Positions 39,128 through 52,295 are shown, counted from the stretch's first letter. The stretch: 64,000 bases of DNA from Adineta vaga (GCA_021613535.1 CP075496.1:11408001-11472000); one strand, 5' to 3'. Numbers and translations are program-made. Notes: generated by a model not told the origin, from the letters alone.

Positions 39128-40172
39128 GCATTGAACATTTATTTTTTGATGATAGGAAAAAGACAATAGTGTAGGTTCATTCATTTACTGTAGTTTTTGT
39201 TTCGTTTCAAAAACATCAATCAATGTCTATATCTGTTATCTAATTCTTGCTAGTTTTCTTTATCACATGTTAAAATTTGAAAAGCACAACGTTGAAATAA
39301 CAATAAATTATCCAAGCACTTTCTCCGGTGTCTGTCAGTTGTATTGTTCGAATATCATTTGTTTCCTTTTTCGAAATAAATATTCATAAACAGAATGAAC
39401 TTTCTTTGAAACATAATGTACGATTGAATTATTCATTGACATGAGTGCAAACAGGTACGCAAACTTTATCGGTAAGTAGAAGCAGTATCTCTGATAATCA
39501 TTTATTTCGTAGAAGAAAGAAGCAACTGCATATATATTTTGTCGATTTTCAATCATAAAAATCAATGAATAGATAATCCTTTTAAGCGATAATGGATGTT
39601 TATAGAAAGTCGATTTCATCAATTCTTTATTTCGATAAGTTATGAATACTCTAGCTTCATTTTGCTTGTGTATGTGTGCCCAAGAAGAAACGCTAATAGT
39701 ACTTGTTACAAGTACTTACATTACTCGCCTTAGGTATCATAGAGTTCAAGTGTACCGACAAAATGAACGATCAGTACATATTTCTATTTTAAAGAAAAAA
39801 AATAAGAAGTTCGTTTAATTATAAATCCGACTGAAGGTTCTTTTCTTAAGTATGAATCGGATATTATGAGAGTGCACATATCCAATGACACTGCAAAACT
39901 CTTCGAGGTCGTCACAGTGAAACATTTCATGTGATTTTATTGTTTATAAAGGTATTCATGATAACCCTCGACATTCACAAACAAACATATAGAAAATGAT
40001 ATAAGGATCGATAAGAGCGAAAATAAAGGAAAACAACTGTAAAGTATTCGTATGTGTTCATGACGAAGACCTGGAAAATGTTATCACAAAGAATGGATAT
40101 CGAAAGATATGAATAGAGAACGTATAGATATCTGCGCGCTAACTAACATAAACTAACTGATGTGAAAGAAGA

Positions 40173-40208
40173 TATAAAAGAATCGTCTATTTTGATCGCG
40201 TCTTCATT
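40173..40208 (+). promoter_or_regulatory. TATA box plus initiator-like element
   Basis: TATAAAA at 40173-40179 and TCATT at 40204-40208 (31 nt spacing), upstream of the ATG at 40245. Confidence 0.6.
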
Positions 40209-40244
40209 CTGGAAAATAAACAGTAGTATACAAAACTTTGAATT

Positions 40245-42860
40245 ATGTATCAAGTAAGCGGTTAGAAAAGAAGAATATCTATCGATTAATTTGCATTATT
40301 TTTCTTCAAGGTTTTCTTCCTCTTCGCTTTCTTAGCATTTACCGCTGGAACCTTATGGTGGTAAGTAAAATAGGAGATAAAACCACAAAACAATAATTAA
40401 TATTCTCCTCCATGATATTTAAGATGTTAACTCACAACGATCGTTCTCCAAGATACAAGAGAAAAATGTTGTTCAGCAACCATCAATCCGAAATACTAAG
40501 TAAACAAGCTTAATTTTTTTCAAATGTCTCATTCAAATTTACTTCTGTTTTTATATGATTGTAGTTTTCAACAAGAAGATGACAATCAACTTGTCGATTC
40601 ATTAGGCGGTGGCTATTCATTTTTTAAAAAACAACCAATCGTTGCAAGACCAGTTATTCAACAAAAATTAGCCATCAATGAACAACAAGTTCCAATTACA
40701 AGTTTCACTGATACAGCTGATCAATGGTCTGATTACACAAGAGCCAGTGCTTTCAAACACCAACCTAAAACACATATCGCTTCTGTTAACAAGGATCTTC
40801 ATATGTAAAATAATAATTTCAAGCATTGTACTTGAAATTTAATTCTTCATTTTCTAATATTTAGGAAAGATCAAGGAGCTTATGGTTCAGAACTTTCTCA
40901 AGAACAACAACCATTAATTCGTGATGCTCCTTCCTCATATGGTCAACAAGATTTACAACAAGTAAGAAATTTTCGGAACAACAAAAAAAGCACTATCACG
41001 TTTTTAAACATTAGTCATGGACATCTAAATCAAACGGTGGTTATGGTCAACAAGACGTACGAACATTGGTTCAACCACAACAACCATTAATCCGTGATGC
41101 TCCTTCGTCATATGGTCAACAAGATGTACAACAAGTAAGAAAAGCTGTCGAAACATTATTGACAATATTATCGTTTCTATTTCAATACTAGTCATGGACA
41201 CCTAAATCAAACGGTGGTTATGGTCAACAAGACGTACGAACATTAGTTCAACAACAACCATTGATTCGTGATGCTCCTTCGTCATATGGCCAACAAGATT
41301 TACAACAAGTAAGAAAAGGTCTCGAAACATTATTGACAAAATTGTTGTTGTTTTTAAATGCTAGTCATGGGCACCTAAATCAAACAGTGGCTATGGACAA
41401 CAAGATGTACGAACATTAGTTCAACAACAACCATTGATTGGTGATATTTCTTCAACACAAGGTCAACAAGGTTTACAACAAGTAAGAAAAGCTCTCGAAA
41501 CATTATTGACAATATTGTTGTTCTTTTTAAAAACTAGTCATGGACACCTAAATCAAACAGTGGTTATGGTCAACAAGACGTACGAACATTAGTTCAACAA
41601 CAACCATTGATTGGTGATGTTTCTTCAACACAAGGTCAACAAGGTTTACAACAAGTAAGAAAAGCTGTCGAAACATTATTGACAATATTGTTGTTCTTTT
41701 TAAAAACTAGTCGTGGACACCTAAATCAAACAGTGGTTATGGACAACAAGATGTACGAACATTGGTTCAACCACAACAACCATTAATCCGTGATGCTCCT
41801 TCCTCATACGGTCAACAAGATGTACAACAAGTAAGAAAAGCTCTCGAAACCGGATTCATAATATTGTTGTTCATTTTAAAAACTAGTCATGGACACCTAA
41901 ATCAAACAGTGGTTATGGTCAACAAGACGTACGAACATTAGTTCAACAACAACCATTGATTGGTGATATTTCTTCAACACAAGGTCAACAAGATTTACAA
42001 CAAGTAAGAAAAGCTGTCGAATCATTATTGACAATATTGTTGTTCTTTTTAAAAACTAGTCATGGACACCTAAATCAAACAGTGGTTATGGACAACAAGA
42101 TGTACGAACATTGGTTCAACCACAACAACCGTTGATTCGTGATGCTCCTTCCTCATATGGACAACAAGATGTACGAACATTGGTTCAACCACAACAACCA
42201 TTAATCCGTGATGCTCCTTCCTCATATGGACAACAAGATGTACGAACATTGGTTCAACCACAACAACCGTTGATTCGTGATGCTTCTTCCTCACAAGGTC
42301 AACAAGTAAGAAATTTTCGAAACAACTAAAAGAGCACTATTACGTTTTTATATATTAGCCATGGACACCTAAATCAAACAGTGGTTATGGTCAACAAGAC
42401 GTACGAACATTAGTTCAACAACAACCATTGATTCGTGATGCTTCTTCGTCACAAGGTCAACAAGATTTACAACAAGTAAGAAAAGCTCTCGAAACAGTAT
42501 TCACAGTATTGTTGTTGTTTTTAAATGCTAGTCATGGGCACCTAAATCAAACAGTGGTTATGGTCAACAAACACAACCAGCTTTCAATGACTTCATGAGC
42601 CAAAAAAGCCTTGGTCAAAACATCCATCAAAGAGTTTCAGGTCCAACGGTAAATGCTGGTCAAATCGCTCAACCATCATGGAGGTATAGTTTATCACAAT
42701 AATGATCAGTTCCTATAGATAAATGTTTGTTTCTCATCGATATAGTACTCAAGAATCTGAACTTCCACAACGTGGTTCTTCAATGATTGCATCACGTACT
42801 TTTACTCAATCACAACCAATTACGCAAAGATCTGACAGTGGTTCATTTGGTGGCTGGTAA
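40245..42860 (+). CDS. Secreted Gln/Gly/Tyr/Ser-rich repetitive protein (apparent 1-nt frameshift at ~40353)
   Basis: Signal-peptide-like MYQ|VFFLFAFLAFTAGT, a unique exon region, repeated exons SWTPKSNSGYGQQDVRTLVQ(P)QQPLIRDAPSSYGQQDLQQ and a C-terminus ending SDSGSFGGW. TAA at 42858-42860. Confidence 0.8.
40905..42570 (+). repeat. Tandem array of ~173-177 bp exon+intron units with a nested 60-bp repeat
   Basis: Repeat exons at 41015-41134, 41192-41308, 41365-41481, 41538-41654, 41711-41830, 41887-42003, 42060-42305 and 42359-42475, with partial units at both ends. Introns are GTAAGAAA...TAG and similar to each other. Confidence 0.97.
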
Positions 42861-43107
42861 ACAGTAACAATCGAGCAAAAAATGTTTGCATTTTGAAGCC
42901 GTTTGTAAAGTGTTAAACTTCGTTTATCTGCTTTCATTAGTTTTTATTTCTCTGATTCTTTCGTTTTGTTTTTACATTAAAGATAAAAAGGAAAAAAAAC
43001 AACTACACCAATACTAGTTAAAAATTTCTATATACAAAAGAAAAAAATCGAGTATAACTAGATGAAATAAGGTGAAAAGGAAATGTTTAAATAGTGAAAT
43101 ATCAATC

Positions 43108-45322
43108 TCAAAAATTGTGTTCATTTAATAAGTTTTCGGGTAATTCAATGCCTAAACGGCGAAGTGTCTGCTGAAGATCTTCACCTTTAAAATAAGAAAA
43201 GTAATGAAATAGATCGTGAATTCAATTATTATCTTAGATACATACCTGAATTCATATAAAATGGTGTAACATTTTCTTCAACTAAAACATCCTCTTCTTG
43301 AACATCATCATCCATATGAGCAGGTATTACTGATGATGATTGCATCACTTCAATATCATCTTCTTCAATATGTTGTTGTTTAATATTTTCATCATTATCA
43401 TTATTATCATTATTCTCGATCATGTTTTGATGTTCTCGTTGATCATCATCCACTGTTATTGTTGCTGATGGTAATTCATAATCTGCTTCAACAGTTGTCG
43501 TTGCTCCCATTGTTGAACCAAATGATTGTGGTGGATTCTAGATATGAATTAGTTTGAAATTAGAAGAGACAATTATTTACTTACAAGATCTTCCACAACA
43601 CCAACAGCTCGAGCTTGTTGAAGAACAAGTTCTGGATCATATAACTGTGAACCATAACGAGTTAAATAAAGTTGTGGATCTTCACGAGTAACAGCTTGTT
43701 TTTGAAAATTACGTATAATATTTGCATGAACTGGTTCATAACTAAACAAAAACAAAACAAGAGTAAAGATTTGCCTGAAACTAATAAAAAGAAATCAAAT
43801 CTGACGTTATGATAACATTTTTTGGTTGTGTAAATTGTTTCGTTTTTGGTGCACGTTGTACAACCACTTTACGCTTTTGATTTATAATTTCATAAGGTAA
43901 CCAACGTTCAATAATAATATCACGTGGTTTAGATGGTAACGGTGGTAAACGTTCAATAATCACAGCTCGTGGTGGTGCAGGTTCAGGTGGTAATTGTCTA
44001 TAAAAAAGAATTATTTGATATTAAGAAAACCAATAGAAATTTCCTTTGTTTTTATTTTTACTAACCGTGTAATTACTTTTGGTGCAAGAGTTGGTGGAAC
44101 TTGAGGTGGTTTTTCACGAATAATAAGTGGTGGTGGTGTTTTTGGTGGAGTTGGACGTTCTAAGATAGAAGAAAAAAGTATATACATAAATAAATATAAA
44201 AAGAGAAAAGGTGAAGAAAATTCATTTACGTTTAATCACTAAAGGAGGAAGTGGTGATGGTTGTGGAGCATGTACCTAAAAGACAAAACAATGAAGAATA
44301 TATAGTAGATCTAAAAGAGTAATGATGATTTGAGAAAAATTTACCTCTTTGATAATGAGTGGACCAGCATTAGGTATAGGTGGTGGTTGTAAAAATCGAA
44401 CAATAATATTCTGTTTGTAAGTCACTGAATGAGAACCTTTACGTTGAATAATTTGAGGATCTGGATCATGAAAAATTTTTCCAGCAGGATCTAAATAAAA
44501 ATTGTTCATCTTTAGAGAAAATAATCAATGATGAAAATCTTTACTTGAATATTGTTGATCTGTTTCATTATTATTATTATTCATATTCATTGTTGGCATT
44601 GAGCCCATATCTTGATTATCAGCAGTTAAATTCATTGTTAATGATGCTGTATCTGTTGAATCTAAAGGAATATGTTCAGCTGTTATTGAAACACCATTAT
44701 GATCAGGTAGATCCATTGGTAATGATGTCATTTGTGATGTTGTTATTGGCGGAGGTGGTGGTGGTGGTGCTGTTGTTATATGATTATTCATATTGTTACT
44801 ATGTGGCGATGATGCTTTTTTTGATGGCATTGTTGTATAATCTTGTTGACGATTGATTTCAAATATAATATCATTACTTGTTGTTGAAATACTTGTTGAT
44901 TTTCTCATCGAACTAGTTTCTGATAAATGATGTTTAAGATTTAATTTTGTTACACCATGATAGTTTTCATAAGGTGTTAAATAACTGTGTGACATTGTAT
45001 TGTATAAACCTGTACTGTAAAGATCGAAATCCGTTGGTATTGTCATTGGTAAAACCGATGGTAATGGACTAAGATCATTATTATTATCAAATGATGTTAA
45101 ACCACCTATACCAAACATATCCGGTGTTGGATAAAATAATGGTGATGGATCTTGGTTGAAAAAGTTGTTGTCAGATGACGATGTTAATTGTGATTCAAAT
45201 TGCGTCATGCCATTACCTGGTTCAGATATATAATTTCCAGCCATACCTAAAACACCGCCACTGGCAGCTTTATTAACTTCATCGAGAATACGTTGAATAG
45301 TTGGATCTCCAAGTATAGCCAT
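43108..45322 (-). CDS. Proline-rich protein of a rotifer-expanded family (IIERWLPY type) with low-complexity N- and C-termini
   Basis: Spliced core DPDPQII..VTYKQNIIVRFLQPPPIPNAGPLIIKEV..PPPLIIREKPP..PPRAVIIERLPPLPSKPRDIIIERWLPY..RYGSQLYD..QARAVGVVEDL. ATG 45322, TGA 43108-43110. Family assignment is from recollection of rotifer proteomes. Confidence 0.8.
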
Positions 45323-47311
45323 GAGTATAATAAATGAGATCAAATTTGTTTTGATAAGACAGTTGAAACAATGGCGCGTCTATTAACCTTTACCAAGTAT
45401 ATTGTTTCTTTTTTGCGATGTTTCTCACGCCTAAAACTGAATAGATATGAACGTGTCTGTATAGACGTGTGTGTAACGTTCGCTCTTCTAACAAATAATC
45501 ACTGAACCGTGGTAGGATACATGAACGATAGAAGATGACGGACTCTCCTTTTTTTCGTAGCTCATTAATAGACCATGGTTCATGCTTGTCGACACTAGAC
45601 AATATATTTTGTGGTAATAAACGAAGGTACAACCATGTCATTTTTCTCTTGCTCAAATCAATCTAATGATAACTAACATTAAACGAGTCTTATTCATGTC
45701 CAACATTTGAAAAGAATGTCATCTTCGATTTGTCATCTGTCATTTATCTGATAACAATGTGCATATACATAGATGTAATAAAATTATTTATATAAAAAAT
45801 ATTACAAATAAATTATATTATTTGTTTCTTCGAAGAATATTCATTGAATAGATACATAAATAAATAATAGCCGATCTTTATCAGTTATATTTGATTTCAT
45901 TTTCAAAATTTCAAAGCATTTCTTCAGTGAATTTAAATTTTACATGGTAATTATTAAATTGAATGTTTACATAAGATCGTAGATATGAATTGTCATTGAA
46001 GTATCGATGCATATATGTAATCATGCAATATTTTTCTCATTTACATTTGTCTTTCAAAGACTAATTGAATAATTCATCACATATACAAGAAAAAGACAAT
46101 AAATTGAACACGATACATAAACAAGCCGTATATATTGTTATTGTTTCTCAGCTATTAAGAAAAGTATATGTAAATATATGAATGAGAACACGACATCCTT
46201 TGATTTCCTGTCCTAATTTATTTCTTTCTTGGTCACTTTTACTGATTATTAATATGTTTAGAAGACAGGATAATAACATGCTTTCACACTCAATTGACAC
46301 AGACAGTGAACAATGTCTGTATAATTTGTGTACATGTATTCAGTTTTATATACATATATATAGATATATACTTTTTTTTTCATCATATTGAAAATTATCA
46401 TGATGAGTACAATCGTTCATTAATGATCGTAACGATTGATAACAAATAGGTCAATATAAAGATGTTATTCTCTATCAGATCAATACATCGACACTTAACA
46501 TTTCATTCTTCTTTTTGTTGTAATATTTTAATAATTATTTCGTCTTTCGAATTTAAATTTTCTTTTGATAGTATTTCGTTTTCATTAATTGATCATTTGA
46601 ATATGACGAACAAATTGATATGGTGACATAACAAGTCAGTATTGAATCTTTATATGAAATATATGAATGAAACAGTTCGAAAGAATAAAATAATCAAATG
46701 ATAATTATAGGTTTGATTTAATGAGACTATGTAACATTTATCGATCTTTGATGTTTTCAAATGTAAAAGAATAAGAGAAGAAAGAAAATCAAGATCAGAT
46801 ATGTTTGATAGCGATATCTAACATTTAAATATACATTAACGGATATGTTTTTCAATTATTTAAGAAAAATAAATAAGAATAAATAAATTTCATTCTAGTA
46901 AATAAGAAATGATATCAAGTGATTAGATAGAAGACTTTCTATTTCTATTGGATCGAAGAAACAAAGAAAGAAAGAAATATATATATATATCTATACATAC
47001 ATATATCATCTAGTTAGTCTATTCATCATATGTTTGTACTTGAAATCAACTGATCAGTAAATTATGTGTAAGTGAAAGTTTTTTATTATAAGATTTGTTT
47101 GTTTTTATGAGACTATGTGAAAATTGATAGTTCTAATGAAAAGTTTCAAATTGAATAAACTTTAATCGTAAATATAAATTGTAGGTGTGATTATTATCTC
47201 TCTCTTTATTCAAGCGAATTGATTTGTCCTTTATCTCTGATGAAATTTAATGAAATCATCGATATGAAAAGATAATAAATCTACATTGAAATTTTAGATT
47301 TATGCGTATGT

Positions 47312-49318
47312 ATGGAGAAAATTGTCACTTTAATTACTGTTTGTCTTGTGATACTTGGATATTATTCTCGACCAACTGAACAGAACAATGCTATTGCTTA
47401 CAATATTCCGGATCCAGGTATATTGATTGAAAATTTGATTTTATAGAAAAAATTCCATGTTTATTTGGTTTTTCGTTTTTTTATAGAATGTACAGGAGTT
47501 TTTAACCTTTGTACTGATTCAGATAAAGAACGACTTGGTCGTCTAGCAATTCGTGCAATACATGAACAAATGGATGATGATAAAGATGGATTAATTGAAC
47601 CATCGGAAAGTACTGATGTAAGATTTTCAATTGATTTTTTAAATATTATTCAAAACTGATATTTTATCTATATAATTAGTTTATTCAAGATGAATTAGAA
47701 TCAAAAACAGATGCTATACGACATAAAAAATTTCAGAGTATAAATATACATATTACTTTCGATGATTTATGGACTCAATGGCAAAATAATCCAGGTTTAA
47801 TTCTATATTCATTTTTCAGTTCAAATAGAAATCATTTCATTGTCTTTATCTTTTCAGTTTATAATTGGACTACGGATCATGTTGTTGATTGGCTAGTAAA
47901 TTTTGTTCATTTACCACAATATGTTGAAAATTTTCGTCGTAATCAATTTGATGGTAGAATGATACCAAGGTTTGATTAAATAGATTTAGAGTTTTTTGAA
48001 AGTCAATTTTTGTTTTGTGATAAATCCATTTGTTTGTAGGATAGCTGCAAATGAAAAATTGTACATTTCATCAATAATGCATATTCGAGATGTACGCGAT
48101 AAACGACGACTAATTATTAAAGCAACTGATATCGTACTATTTGGACCTCCACAACGTATGTAATCAAATCTTTGTTCGAGCGACTGCAAGACAAGCAGAG
48201 TGGTTTTTTTTGTTTTAATAATATTTTTCTTTCTTTCGTAGATACTGATAATTTAATTAAAGATATGATTTTGGTATCAGCATTATTTGTATCTATCGGC
48301 GGATGTATTTATGCATTTCTTCGTCAACGTCGAACGCAAGAAAATATGAATATTATGTTGAAAGAACTCGAAACTTTACAACAAGCCGAAGGCAATTTGA
48401 TTGCTGTAACTGAAAAGTAATAAAACAGCTACAGTTTACATGTTCAAAGATATACTCGATGTGTTTTCTAGAATGCGAACACGAGAACATGGATCGAACG
48501 AAAGGAAAATATATGTCAATCAAAACCTGTTGCATAAATGGCTTCTTGAAGTTCAACACACAAAAGTATGAAGAAAAACGTAGAGGAATTTGTTCTTTTG
48601 AGAATCTTTCATTTGATTTAGGAAGAAGCTGATCGATTCCGTAAACGTCGCGATTCAGCGGTTGATCATGAAAAGCAGTTAAGTTTAGCTTTACAAGAAA
48701 TTGAACAAGTAGAAATTTTATTAATTCTTAATCTGCAAATAGAAAATTTGATTCTAAATTTCAGTTACAAATTGCCTTACGTCAAGCAGAAGAACATGCT
48801 AAACATCAATCTTATGAACCACCAAATGAATTAGTTGATTTACTTAGACGTACTTATCATAATGAAGAAATATCATTTGAAACGAAAAGAAAATTAGCTG
48901 AAACAGCTTTAACAACAGCACGTGATCAAGTAAAAATATCTTGAAATAAATCTTCTTTCAACTATTAAAATTACTTTGTCTTGATTTCTTAGATGAATAA
49001 AATTTCCAAAATGCAAAAAGGTTTTTTTGGTGCTGTACGTATTGCACATACAAATTGTATAGATAATGCTGGTGAATTAATCAATGCTGCAAAGTAAAAT
49101 AAAGAAAAACTATAAAATCTTTGAATTCTATACAAATCAAATCTTTTTCTAGAGATCGTTTAATGGTCATTCATGATGAATATGAAGAACGTGAACAACG
49201 TTGGACTCGTATTGCTTCTCTACTAAATCGTGATGATTTTATTACATCTGGATCAACAACAGTAACATCAACACCTGTAACATATCGTGGAAAAGATTCA
49301 CCTCGACTTCGTACTTAA
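47312..49318 (+). CDS. STIM: Stromal interaction molecule, short paralogue (STIM-A)
   Basis: Signal peptide, Cys pair, EF-hand IHEQMDDDKDGLIEPSES, SAM domain VYNWTTDHVVDWL..VHLPQY, VLFGPP, TM helix, coiled coil and SOAR/CAD region ending ER.QRW.RI. Confidence 0.92.
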
Positions 49319-50429
49319 TTCTTTTATTTTTATGATTCAGTAGATTTACTGTTCGGATTTCATTAGTAACTTAAAACAAAGTTTTTTTTTCTTCTCTCTT
49401 TTCTTTTTTGTCTGTAAATTTATCAAGTCGATGTATAAACAAATTATTTTTTATTCACAAGTTTTTCTTTTCATTCAATAGAACATTTACTCATATAAAC
49501 AATCGTATGAGACAATTTAATCTTTGGATTCTCTAATCATTCATGAAAATTGATCTTTAATAAGAAAAAAAAGGAAGAAGAAACCGCTGATATAGGTAAA
49601 TAATATAGTATAATCAACGAAGCGAGAAGATGCATTCGAAAAGTAAGAGATAAACTTAATGATTAACCTTCGTCAGATAACATAGATTTTACAATTACAT
49701 CAACCAATTAGCTCATAAATGTTCAGACAAACCAATTTTGTATTTAATGAAATCATTGTTAAAATTCATTTGTTATGCTCTAGGAAATTAAACTAGACGT
49801 TTTTTTCTTTTTTAAATATAATTATATATATATATAAATAACTCGTGCGTAACAAAATTTCTTATTAAATAACACTATTATTATGTTATAACTTGTTCGA
49901 TATGAACATAACTAATATTAGACAATTTCATGCTTCAATTAAATTAGTCGAGACAGATCGAATTGCAATTAAACAAATTAAATGAAATATATTTTTTTAT
50001 TTGTTTTTACGTCATATTCTTACTCAATTGTTGATTATCTATTCGATGTCATGAAATACATTATAAAAATACAACGTAAATAACGGCCAGCAAGAAAATA
50101 TTTGTCATAGAAAAAAGATAAAACGACATACGAAATAAGCACATAATTAATCGTTGTCTGTCTTTCGTTTTCTTTCTTTCTTATCGTTTCTTTTTTTGTA
50201 TTGAAATGTACAGAACAGCACAAAATACTGACTTATGGAAATAATGTTACGCCTGAACGAGTCGATTTTTTACTTGATATGTAAGCGCATGTTTTTCTCT
50301 TCTTCACGTCGTTGTCGTCTTCTCAATCAAATATAGACCTTCAATCAAACGAAAAGAAGCATAAGAAAACGATCTTCAGGGTTATTTGTCTTCATTGGGA
50401 TTGAAAGTTTCTATGAGAATTAAACAATA

Positions 50430-51560
50430 ATGTCAACAGATAATTTACCTTCAGAAACCGAGCAAGGAATTGAATTGTCATTAGCGAAAAAACCGAAACG
50501 TGGCAAACGATCTGATCATTCTGAGCAAACAAATGGTATTATAGAAAATGGTCATGATTCTCTAACAGAATTAACTCCACCTCGTATACCAAAACATTTT
50601 GAAACGAAAAAAGTTGATGAATCAACTTTAACAGCACCTATACGTTCAGAACGCACAGAAGAAACAACTGGTAGAAATAGTACACGATCAAATCAACAAT
50701 TAACACCATTACAAAGTTATCAATCAAATTCACAAAATTATCATCAAATTGAATTAACGACCGTCTCTGATGATGAAGACCAAAGAGAATCACGAAGAAG
50801 TATTCAACCAAAAACTCTTACAGTTAATGATCATGATACGATGGTTTCATCCTTTACAACTAATGATGATAATGATGTAATCGAAATTCATGAATTTAGT
50901 TTAGCAGATGCCGATGCTTATATTGATATTTATTTTGATACACTTAATAATCGTTTAAGACATTTTATTGGTGCAGCCGATCAAATTCAACAATTTCGTT
51001 TAGCAGTGAAAAATCGAATTAATTCAGAAACTAATTCACGTGAATATCAAAATGCACTTATCGGCAAAATGAATGGTGATGTTGTTGCAGCTGTAATGTT
51101 ATCATTTCCGAGTGAAGCAACCACTATCTCTAATGATAATATTCTTCCACAACTCAATTCATGTGTAACATCCATGCGACGTTGGATGGTACGAAATGCT
51201 AACTATATTCCAACGAATATGGAAGAATGTTATATTGAAATGATCGGTGTACGAAGTGGTTTTCGAAATCATGGAATCGGTGCAGCTATGCTTGAATGCG
51301 TCGAGCATTTTGCTCGACAAGCAGGTGCACGTTTATTAACAGTGCATATCAATAATGAACAATTAAGAAATTATTTTCAACGATTTGGTTTTGAAGTTGA
51401 TCATTCGGATAATTCAGCTTTTTGGAAATGGGTAGTTGAACGAGAGAGTATTTTGAAAATGTCCAAAGCAATTTTACCGGATGATGAAAATATGAATAGT
51501 CCTCTAGATAATTCAAGTAATTTTATTCCTGAAAGTACAATTGGAAGTGAACAAGTATAA
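50430..51560 (+). CDS. GNAT-family acetyltransferase with a disordered N-terminus, intronless CDS
   Basis: 376-aa uninterrupted ORF. Motif A CYIEMIGVRSGFRNHGIGAAML, followed by ARLLTVHINNEQLRNYFQRFGF. Confidence 0.85.
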   Translation: MSTDNLPSETEQGIELSLAKKPKRGKRSDHSEQTNGIIENGHDSLTELTPPRIPKHFETKKVDESTLTAPIRSERTEETTGRNSTRSNQQLTPLQSYQSNSQNYHQIELTTVSDDEDQRESRRSIQPKTLTVNDHDTMVSSFTTNDDNDVIEIHEFSLADADAYIDIYFDTLNNRLRHFIGAADQIQQFRLAVKNRINSETNSREYQNALIGKMNGDVVAAVMLSFPSEATTISNDNILPQLNSCVTSMRRWMVRNANYIPTNMEECYIEMIGVRSGFRNHGIGAAMLECVEHFARQAGARLLTVHINNEQLRNYFQRFGFEVDHSDNSAFWKWVVERESILKMSKAILPDDENMNSPLDNSSNFIPESTIGSEQV

Positions 51561-52295
51561 TATAAAAAAAGAACAAAACTAAATTTTAATTAATGAATAG
51601 GCAAAATAAATGAATATATTTATTATCGACGATATTAATGTCGGTTACTTTTATTTTCTCTATTTTCAATCCGACAATATTCATAGATCAAACAGATATA
51701 TTCAATTATCTTCTGCTAAAAAGACTCTCTCGTATATGTATATCGTTTTTAATTGTTATCAAAACAAAGAATCTTATATGTTTATTTTTAAAGTAAAAAA
51801 TACGTGTCTCTCGAACCAGTCCATATGTTCTAACTGCAAGTTTACATGTTAATCGACAGTCTATTATTGTAGAATTCAAAATAGTTGCATGAGATCGAAA
51901 CGTTATTGTGAGAAAATTTTATTTGAAAAAGAAAAGAGATGTAATTGAATTTATCAATGAATATTTTAGAACCTTTCGGTACAAACAATATTATTGTCAG
52001 TTTAAATTCATTTGAATGTAACAAAAAAGAAAAAAGAGAAGAGACAAAAAATTGAAGCATTAAATAACAAAACAAATACAGATATGAAATTCGTTTCCTG
52101 CAATCGTTTTTCACATTTTGTTTTTTTGAAAATAAATATACACAGATTCGATGAAGGAAGAGAATAGATGTTCCTAGTAGAGAGAAATTAACTTAACTTA
52201 AAATGTAGAGAAGAAATAATGGAAAGCATAATTTTGAGATTGATGAGCAAAACACCGGCAGGAATGACAATGAATTATGTATCGAAATCTTTCGA

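Noticed and set aside
40905-42570. Repeat-spacer-like array resembling a CRISPR locus
   Set aside because: The spacers are mutually similar GT-AG introns and the repeats are in-frame exons. The context is eukaryotic and there are no cas genes.
41015-42570. Neuropeptide precursor interpretation of the repeats
   Set aside because: No dibasic KR/RR sites and no G-K/R amidation signals flank the units.
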